The notes beneath the pieces were generated by a model that was not told where the DNA came from, did not search any database, and was given only the letters and a program-made list of their open reading frames with translations. The translations under genes and the position numbers were made by a program. Of a DNA stretch of 16,938 bases, positions 8,856 to 16,938 are shown in pieces. Numbering within the stretch: position 1 is the stretch's first letter; every line of letters starts with the position of its first letter. Origin of the DNA: Paraspadella gotoi (Eukaryota > Animalia > Chaetognatha); contig JBJCIZ010000826.1 of assembly GCA_051294375.1 (NCBI GenBank), positions 2,624 to 19,561 of the forward strand. Direction: 5' to 3'.

Positions 8856-9600
8856 AATGAACTGTTCACCAACCGTTACAACCGTATCAACCAAGCGACT
8901 CTCTCTCTCTCTCAATGTATTGTTATATCGAATGGTCACTTAGTGAAACCAGACGTAGTCTTTTATTCCCGTTTCCTATCGTTTTACTTATTATTGAAGA
9001 ATACATTCATTCTTGCTTTGAACCTTATCTCGATCATTGCCACACGTGGTGAGCGAGGAGACAAGACTTTTCAAGTCTAAATCCCTGGCAGAGGCATTGA
9101 AACCATCTCAGTAGATCGCTCAAGCCAGCCATAATCAAGGAAGACGCACCTCCTACTCCTCCTCAAGCACGTCCACGTGGACGACCTCGAAAAAACCTCT
9201 TTCCTCCTGTTCCAATTATTCCATCACCCATTCCACCACCACCCTCCATCATTCCCATCCTCAACCTCCGGCAAGTTCGATTCGGAATCTGGTCAACTTA
9301 CTACCCTCTATGCTTCAACCGCTTGAAGATCAAGAGGAATAAAATCAACTATTCTCATAAGCCTTCGTCCCACCGGGCCAAAGGCTTGGTGGGGCGATGT
9401 GTGGCAACTCGAATGAACTGTTCACGCAACCGTTACAACCGTATCAACCAAGCGACTCTCTCTCTCTCTCAATGTATTGTTATATCGAATGGTCACTTAG
9501 TGAAACCAGACGTAATCTTTTTTTCCCGTTTCTCTCGTTTTACTTATTATTGAAGAATACACTCATTCTTGCTTTGAACCTTATCTCAATCATTGCCACA
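8856..9600 (+). mobile_element. Miniature LTR retroelement, copy 2
   Basis: LTRs 8856-9044 and 9400-9600, with the same PBS start, integrase tail and PPT as copy 1. Confidence 0.9.
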
Positions 9601-9879
9601 GAATCAAAAATATAAAACGTAATCAAAAATTCTGTCATCTTCGGCGTTTTAAACGGAAAAAAAGATAAAAATTTATAACTTTTTTATTCTCTCTAATAAA
9701 AACTTATATATGTTAAAACGTTTTAATCATTTTTTGTAATCTTAATATTAAAATATCATGTAACATATTTTATAAGTTTCTTATTTTTTACAGCGAATCC
9801 AAATCTTTTTATATAATTGAATTTACTATACTATTATACTAAAAGATTTTTAAAAAGATTTAAAATTTATTAATTATAT

Positions 9880-10350
9880 GTCCAGCCTCCAGGCAGCAAA
9901 AAAATAATGTTCAATCTTTTCATCACTCCACCCTAATGCATAATAACCCAAGAGTATTGGCTTTTTATACATGTAAAAAAATTGAATCTCAGAACAATAT
10001 AGTAAACTGCAGCAATGGATTTTTGCCCAGTAGCAAAATATAAGGAAGTGAAGAGACAGTAATAATTGATAAGTGTTAATGACAGAACCGTTCAATATAA
10101 GCAGTCCCTGAGCTTCGGATCAGGCTGTAACACCATGTTGCAGGCGGTTAAGCGCCCCGTCCATCTTAACTGCCAGACGACCACGGACCTTTGGGTTGGA
10201 GACGATGACTTGCCTCCAGCACCAATGGCCGCTGATGAACGTTGGTGGATTTTAGTCCACCATAGAAGTATTTTTCTTTCATCAGTTGTTGATTTCATAA
10301 GCTCACAGAGATGGTACTCAACCAAGAGGCTAATACAGTATGAACTTAAA
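9880..10350 (-). pseudogene. Possible highly decayed Tc1/mariner-type DDE/D transposase fragment
   Basis: Frameshifted minus-strand pieces in the expected order: TTDE (10278-10289), SVVVW...GR (from 10187), TAYIE/VL, then GYYA..GVMKRL (9912-9948). Lies between the TIRs. No clear second or third catalytic residue. Confidence 0.4.
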
Positions 10351-10994
10351 CATCTTAAAATTGCTTTTATTAATCAAGGTTTTTAAGTATTTTTTCAAAA
10401 GCCGCCAAAACCAAAATTTCTTTTATAAAAATATTACTACAGATATATTATTAGAAATCTACTATGAAATTAAATTCAATAGGGGCGGGGGTTCAAAACT
10501 TTAGTCTTGAAGTCTACCTTTAGGTAAAAAAAGAATTTTTAAAAAAAAGTTCGATTTTAATGCTTTTAAAATTACAATATTACTATATAATGATAATAAT
10601 TTTTATTAATCAATCTTAACTTTTTTGGATAGATTCTGATAGTGCATAAAAAGTTAAATAAAAAATATAACTAGAACTTTCAAAAATTTTATGTTTTCTT
10701 GGTCAAAATTAATAAAAAGTAATAAAATTATCGAAAAATGATGATTATAAATTGTTTTTCATATTTTTCACACACTTATGATCAAAATATCGAAAAAAGA
10801 ATTATACTTTTTGCAAGCTACCTGAATCTGATCTTACAAATAAAAAAATCCTTAAAAAATTTTAACCTTTCCTATTTATAAATAAAAAATTTGAATATTA
10901 CTCCATACTCTATATATTAATTTTTTTAATATTTGTCTATTCAAATTTTTAAAAAAAATTCTTAATCACCTTACTGAGTTAGGCTCCTCCTAAT

Positions 10995-11138
10995 ATTATA
11001 TTTTACTTTTATGTTCCCAAGACAATATGAACAAAATATTTTTTGTACTAGTTAATCATACTAATTTCATACTATCTCACATCTAAATATCCTTACTCGA
11101 TCATTCAAATAATTTTTTTGTTCTCGAGTGCTCCACTA
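10995..11138 (-). repeat. Right terminal inverted repeat of TIR element
   Basis: Reverse complement matches 8615-8746 apart from scattered substitutions and an ~11-bp indel. Confidence 0.85.
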
Positions 11139-11949
11139 TTATATAAATCTTTGTCTATCAAAAATTTGCCTACAGTTATCATGCAGTTTTATTGAACATC
11201 CATAATTATAGGTTTAAGAGGGACAAGCTATAATGGTCTCTACAACCTTACAAGATAAGACCCAGCAAGCATTCAAACAAAACAAGTTTAATCACTTCGA
11301 AACTATCTAGCTTCTCAATTAATTTATTGATTAAATATTATAAAGAATGTTCCAATTGTACCATATTACCACTTTAGTGTAGAATTGGGTAGTGCTACTT
11401 TTGTCTATAAAACATTCTGCAATAGCATAGAAATACAAACCGACTCTTCTGAATTGGGCATAACTAATATAAAAATTATTCATTCATTTAATAAAATTAA
11501 CCCAATATCTTACCCCTCACTTTGAACCTTCTATACTAGGAGAACTTGAAAAACTAAAATTCTTGCCAATCTTGGTCTGTTTTTTCCTTCACTAACCAGT
11601 AAGCAACACATTGTAGATTGTTTTAATAAGCAGTACAGATATTGTAACAAACAGTGAGTTTGACAAAAAGTTTAAGAGAACTATTAGTTAAACAAATGAA
11701 ATAAAATAATAAAAATCAATAGCTCAGTTTTATCTAAATTTAAAGCTCTTTCCAGAAACGACAAAACAGAATAAAAAGAAAAACAGTTATTTCGATCTTA
11801 GCTTATAATCGTTCACACAATTTACCTTCACATTATACAAATTTACCATCTTAAAAATAATTTATCGTCCTATAGTTACGCACTCGTGTGTAGCACACGC
11901 TGTGGATAAGGCGCAAAGTCGGGCTGAAGAGTACTATCCGCAACTTCTT

Positions 11950-11959
11950 NNNNNNNNNN
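11950..11959. other. Assembly gap (10 N)
   Basis: Run of 10 N. Confidence 1.
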
Positions 11960-12266
11960 CAATGCCCGACAACAATGCCTCTTTTTAACGTTTAATTTTG
12001 TTATATTTTGTTATTTTTTAACGCCCTACCATACGGGCTATCCACACCGTCAGAGATATGCCAAAACTCTTTTTTAGATCACTTTGAGGTGACGCCGAAA
12101 ACATTTGCTCAAAACTAAATTGGTTCTACCTATTTCATACTCTTTTCAAATTTCATTGAATATTTGTTACAATTTTGTTTATACATGTAATCTAAAATCC
12201 AATTGCCCAAAAACATTTTTTTGAAACGGATTGAAAACAATGAATTTCAACATTCATATTACTATT

Positions 12267-12955
12267 AAAACAAGTTTGAGCAAACAATGTCGGATCTGCC
12301 CACGATCATTATCGGTAATTAATTAATTAATAATTAATTTATTTAAGTTAATTATTTAATTAATTATGCAATTAATTTGATCCAAAATGTTTGTTTTGAT
12401 TAATTAACTGATTAATTATTGCTTAATTAATAGACTAATTGATTAATTAACTAATTAATTATTTGATTAATTGATACATCTTGCATTTACCTTTAAATTA
12501 AAAAGAAAAAAAAGCATAATCAATTAGTGAAACAGGTTCTTTGTTTTTTCCATTTAAACTCATTTCCACTCAAACGATTCCATCGAAACTTGATTTCCAG
12601 TTTAATCACACACTTTTCCACCCAAATACAAAGTTTCAAATCAATCGCCCTACCCACTCATGAGTAATTGGTGTTCAAATAGTGAAATATATTTTTTTGT
12701 TTTTTCCATTTAAACGCATTTCCACTTGGACGATTCCATCGAAACTTCATATCCAGCTCAATCACACCCTTCCCTACCCACACACAAAATTTCATTTCAA
12801 TCCATCCATCCAATCACGAGTAATTGGAGTTTTTTGCTAAGGTGGGACGGACGGATAGACAGACGGACAGTTTTTTTTGCATAATTTATCATAATTTGAT
12901 AAATTGAGGGGGCGGACCGATGGAGCGACAAAGTGAAAGCAGATCCGACTAAAAA
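12267..12955. mobile_element. Non-autonomous Helentron/DINE-1-like element, copy a
   Basis: AACAAG end; 11-bp subterminal inverted repeats GTCGGATCTGC (12289-12299) and GCAGATCCGAC (12939-12949); two ~156-bp central tandem units (12524-12830); GGAC/AGAC microsatellite 12844-12870; A-rich flanks. Confidence 0.75.
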
Positions 12956-13063
12956 CCATTCTAATGCCAAAGAAAGGTATCCATTATGGGCCTAATCAAT
13001 AACTATACATTTTTGTCAAGCTTTTATTATCATGTTTTACGTGTTTTACTCAGCCAATGGTAT

Positions 13064-13088
13064 NNNNNNNNNNNNNNNNNNNNNNNNN
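13064..13088. other. Assembly gap (25 N)
   Basis: Run of 25 N. Confidence 1.
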
Positions 13089-13302
13089 GAATATGCCAAA
13101 ACCTCTTTTTTAGATCACTTTGAGGTGACGCCGAAAACATTTGCTCAAAACTAAATTGGTTCTACCTATTTCATACTCTTTTCAAATTTCATTGAATATT
13201 TGTTACAATTTTGTTTATACATGTAATCTAAAATCCAATTGCCCAAAAACATTTTTTTGAAACGGATTGAAAACAATGAATTTCAACATTCATATTACTA
13301 TT

Positions 13303-13992
13303 AAAACAAGTTTGAGCAAACAATGTCGGATCTGCCCACGATCATTATCGGTAATTAATTAATTAATAATTAATTTATTTAAGTTAATTATTTAATTAAT
13401 TATGCAATTAATTTGATCCAAAATGTTTGTTTTGATTAATTAACTGATTAATTATTGCTTAATTAATAGACTAATTGATTAATTAACTAATTAATTATTT
13501 GATTAATTGATACATCTTGCATTTACCTTTAAATTAAAAAGAAAAAAAAAGCATAATCAATTAGTGAAACAGGTTCTTTGTTTTTTTCCATTTAAACTCA
13601 TTTCCACTCAAACGATTCCATCGAAACTTGATTTCCAGTTTAATCACACACTTTTCCACCCAAATACAAAGTTTCAAATCAATCGCCCTACCCACTCATG
13701 AGTAATTGGTGTTCAAATAGTGAAATATATTTTTTTGTTTTTTCCATTTAAACGCATTTCCACTTGGACGATTCCATCGAAACTTCATATCCAGCTCAAT
13801 CACACCCTTCCCTACCCACACACAAAATTTCATTTCAATCCATCCATCCAATCACGAGTAATTGGAGTTTTTTGCTAAGGTGGGACGGACGGATAGACAG
13901 ACGGACAGTTTTTTTGCATAATTTATCATTATTTGATAAATTGAGGGGGCGGACCGATGGAGCGACAAAGTGAAAGCAGATCCGACTAAAAA
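13303..13992. mobile_element. Non-autonomous Helentron/DINE-1-like element, copy b (duplicate)
   Basis: subTIRs 13325-13335 and 13976-13986; same internal organisation as copy a. Confidence 0.75.
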
Positions 13993-14405
13993 CCATTCTA
14001 ATGCCAAAGAAAGGTATCCATTATGGGCCTAATCAATAACTATACATTTTTTGTCAAGCTTTTATTATCATGTTTTACGTGTTTTACTCAGCCAATGGTA
14101 TGGCCTTACAGCTCTCAAAAACACCGGAGAATTATACAATTATAATTGTCTTTCAAATCAAAGAGAAACACAAAAGTACATTACAATGGTAGAAAACAAA
14201 TTATTCTTTAGCTTCTTTTGCAATCATTTTGAACTAGTGTGGACGCAACAAGTTTCAGAGCAAGAATGAATTTAATCTTCAACAAGGTTAATAAAAATTG
14301 CCAGTCCCAAAAACTCAGATGCTAAGTCTATAACAATTAGAGTTCCCCAGCAACTCCATACAAAGTTCTCACTCAGTCCGGTTATTTAATGACTTCAACT
14401 CATTT

Positions 14406-14434
14406 TGAAACCCTGTACAATGTACAGGGTTTCA
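14406..14434. repeat. Perfect palindrome with 14-bp arms and 1-nt spacer
   Basis: TGAAACCCTGTACA-A-TGTACAGGGTTTCA. Confidence 0.95.
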
Positions 14435-14465
14435 GTGTACAGTGTACATGAAAAAAAGTTTAGTT

Positions 14466-16494
14466 AATGAACCCAATCATCGAAGGAGAAATCGGCCTCA
14501 TCAAAGTGAAACCAGATCGGAGGATCGGGCGATCGCCGGCGGAATGGAATCGTCGAGATGGAACTGGAATCGATTAATCAGCTTGCAGGATCGATAGAAC
14601 TGTCATAATCACACACCTCTGATCCTCTCCCTCAGTTATAAATCGATATAATATATATAAATAGTTATAAAAGATTCAACATCGAACTTCATTTGAATAT
14701 TTATTCATTGACAAATAAAACATTTCACCATGTGTCTATTCATTTATTATTCATTGATTGATAATTATTATTCAATGTCAATGAGTACTGATGCAAAAAA
14801 ATTGTTTAAAAATAAACGAATTTCATCAAATCAAGTGTTCTTACATTCTTGAATATAAAAGTTTTACACTATTATTATCAGCTAAAGAACACAGCTGACT
14901 GATTTTTCTTAACTCATATTAGATTAAAAGAATGTATCGTGATTATGGGGCGTGGCCTTAACCGGAAGTAAGGTTTTACGACGGAAGGAACGCCGAACCG
15001 GGAGTACGTTCTGCAAGGAGGCGATGGAGGCGGCGGAAGTGTCGGAGTGGTGCCACTTCTGGCCAGCGAGTAAAGAGGTCGATCAAAGGTCGTCAAGCGG
15101 TGCTGGCGTCTGATGATGAAGTAGTTGGTCTCTCGGTGATGGAGGCAAATTTCGGGCTCAACTCACGAATCATTTTAAGTATTTCGATTATTCGATTTCA
15201 AGACTTGGGGCAGATGAGGATGCGGCGGCCTCGTGGAACACCTCGTCGTGGCCGGCGCCATCAGAATGGGAGGTGTTTCAANNNNNNNNNNCATAAAAAA
15301 AATTACTGAGTGTAACAAACTAATTTTAACTACATAACCAGAGAGAAAAAAACACTAAAGGCTAAATGCTAAAGGAAGCAAGTCGGCATCTGGGTCCTGG
15401 TAAGGGCGACGGAGAGGGTGAGGATGATGACAACGGCGACTGGAAACCGGAAAAGGTACCCCGTGCATCTGGAATTGCGGGCATCGCAAATGTTGCCAAG
15501 GCGCTGACGAGCGGCATGGCTGCTGGAGTGAGATAGGGTGGCTGATAGTGGGCGGCGGTATGACCCACGGATGACTGGCTGGCGGAGTGGGCAGACCATT
15601 TGGCGGGAGGCAGTTTCGAAGCGCAATTGTCGTCAGTCAAATCAACAGCGATGACTTTTCGCTTGATTCGGTCCTCTAATTAGAGAGAAAAAAGAGAAAT
15701 TAAATCCAGACGATTGTAATTGACTTGAATTTTTACTCGAATTTGACTGAAAAATAAAATGTTGTGGCGAATCCTAAATTCGCCTCCCGTATAGCTTGGT
15801 GAAACTCAGCTCGTCGGATTGGCTTGGACAGCTAAGTACTCATTCCGGGTTCAATCCCCTCACAGTCACGCTGGTTAAAGTGTGATGGTGTCGGCATAAA
15901 CACGCCAGTGACATGGGGTGGTCACTGCAGGTCCAAAGCCCTGAGCGCCAGCTGTCGGGAGATGCCTCACACCCCAGGCATCACACATGTCCCTCCGTTG
16001 CCATAATGTCTTTGTATTTTCCGGATTCTGTAACAACCTGTCGGTAAATTTAAGGAGATTCGACGTTGTCGGATATTGACGTCGTGGGTGTCCCTGGAGA
16101 AGAAAGAATAATTCAATTAGTTATATCATATTTACTAATGTTATTCTTTTAATCAATATGTAGTTTTAACCGACCTAATGTTTCAGTCGACATTGCTATT
16201 TTCTGAGGCGTCAATGTGCAGGCGCCTCTCAGAGAATGTTAATTATTTGTCCAGTTGGAAGGCTAAAGAAATAATATTTTTACAGTTTTACTTTAAAACA
16301 TAAGTATAAAAAGGCGCAAATAACCATACCTCTTTGCTGGCCGCGACAGGCCTTGCCTGTACTTTGGCAGATACAACGCCAACCTTTTGAGAGCTGCCCC
16401 GCGTAGTCGTTGCCCCCTTGGTTGGAACTAACGAGATGGTAGTTTGATCAGATGGAGTAGCATTAACTTGAATTTGCTCGGGCTGTTCAATAAT
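14466..16494 (-). pseudogene. Decayed multi-exon gene encoding Ser/Pro-rich protein with a Cys/His cluster; function unknown
   Basis: GC-rich exon-like blocks with AG/GT borders: 16494-16330 (55 open codons), 16262-16175 (in-frame TAA), from 16093 (stops and frameshifts), 15675-15362, ~15280-14940, ~14630-14466. Introns of 67 and 81 nt. Confidence 0.6.
15282..15291. other. Assembly gap (10 N)
   Basis: Run of 10 N. Confidence 1.
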
Positions 16495-16514
16495 CTGTGG
16501 ATGAATTCAATGGA

Positions 16515-16592
16515 AAGATAATGGTTATTTACTTATGAAACAAGTTTTTTTTTAAGATAATGGTTATTTACTTATGAAACAAGTTTTTTTTT
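16515..16592. repeat. 39-bp perfect tandem duplication
   Basis: AAGATAATGGTTATTTACTTATGAAACAAG(T)9 at 16515 and 16554. Confidence 0.95.
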
Positions 16593-16938
16593 ATCTGCCT
16601 ACGATAATTAATTGTTTAATTAATTAATTTTAATATGTAATAATTAATTTTAAATTTATATTCAACTTATCATCATCGATGTCCTTAAAATTGGGTTAGG
16701 ACAGTTATTAAATATGTTTTGTTTACATTTTATCAAAACAAACAAATATCCTCTATTTTATTTTATGTCTCCTTCTCTCTCTCTCTCTCTTTTTATGCAA
16801 TTGCGACGATCTTTATGCTTTTAAGATTTTTTTAACTTGCATCATTTTTTCACATTAATTAATTAATTAATACATTTATTAGTAATCATTAATATTAAAG
16901 ATTCAAGTAAATGTGACTTATGTTTTTTCCATCTAAAC
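16577..16938. mobile_element. Diverged relative of the Helentron/DINE-1-like element (runs off window)
   Basis: AACAAG, then ATCTGCCTACGATAATT (cf. ATCTGCCCACGATCATT), TAAT-rich tracts, and TGTTTTTTCCATCTAAAC matching the start of the central repeat unit. Confidence 0.55.

Larger units (their letters stand above)
5972..10326. repeat. Copy 2 of ~4.35 kb direct duplication
   Basis: Collinear with 1-4347. Confidence 0.95.
8615..11138. mobile_element. TIR DNA transposon relic (Tc1/mariner/pogo-like) with ~135-bp TIRs and a nested LTR element
   Basis: 8615-8746 and 10995-11138 are inverted copies starting NAGTGGAGCACTC. Left end follows TA. Length is ~1.78 kb after removing the LTR insert. Confidence 0.7.
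12056..14101. repeat. ~1.0 kb near-identical direct duplication either side of a 25-N gap; probable artefact
   Basis: 12056-13063 matches 13091-14101, differing almost only in homopolymer lengths; gap at 13064-13088. Confidence 0.95.

Noticed and set aside
10066-10386. 106-aa plus-strand ORF as a real gene
   Set aside because: Non-ATG start and no recognisable domain; the opposite strand gives better transposase-like motifs.
13507-13973. Short ORFs 13507-13701 and 13764-13973
   Set aside because: Fall inside the tandem units of a non-coding element, have non-ATG starts, and depend on homopolymer lengths that differ in the duplicate copy.
14490-14515. Minus-strand TTGATGAGGCCGATT as another hammerhead
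   Set aside because: Lacks the C of CUGANGA, a proper stem II and GAAA; sits in an exon-like frame.
15100-15309. Plus-strand 69-aa ORF
   Set aside because: Crosses an N gap and is antisense to the better-supported minus-strand pseudogene.

Overview
AT-rich eukaryotic DNA from a gapped draft assembly, probably invertebrate and plausibly nematode (inferred from 60-80 nt introns and composition). There is no intact protein-coding gene; the window is a nest of mobile and repetitive DNA. (1) A ~1.8 kb fold-back element: a CCCTAA-type arm, a ~120 bp hairpin core, and a long G-rich arm of composite TTAGGG/TTGAGTAGT repeats. (2) A ~750 bp miniature LTR retroelement derived from a Gypsy (CsRn1-like) element, keeping only the integrase C-terminal tail with an AT-hook motif. 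It sits inside a probable Tc1/mariner-type TIR element. (3) An inverted pair of minimal Penelope-type hammerhead ribozyme motifs. (4) Non-autonomous Helentron/DINE-1-like elements. (5) A decayed intron-containing minus-strand gene near the right end. Two large near-identical duplications (1-4347 vs 5972-10326; 12056-13063 vs 13091-14101) each abut a gap of exactly 25 N and are probably gap-filling artefacts. All alignments and translations were done by eye.
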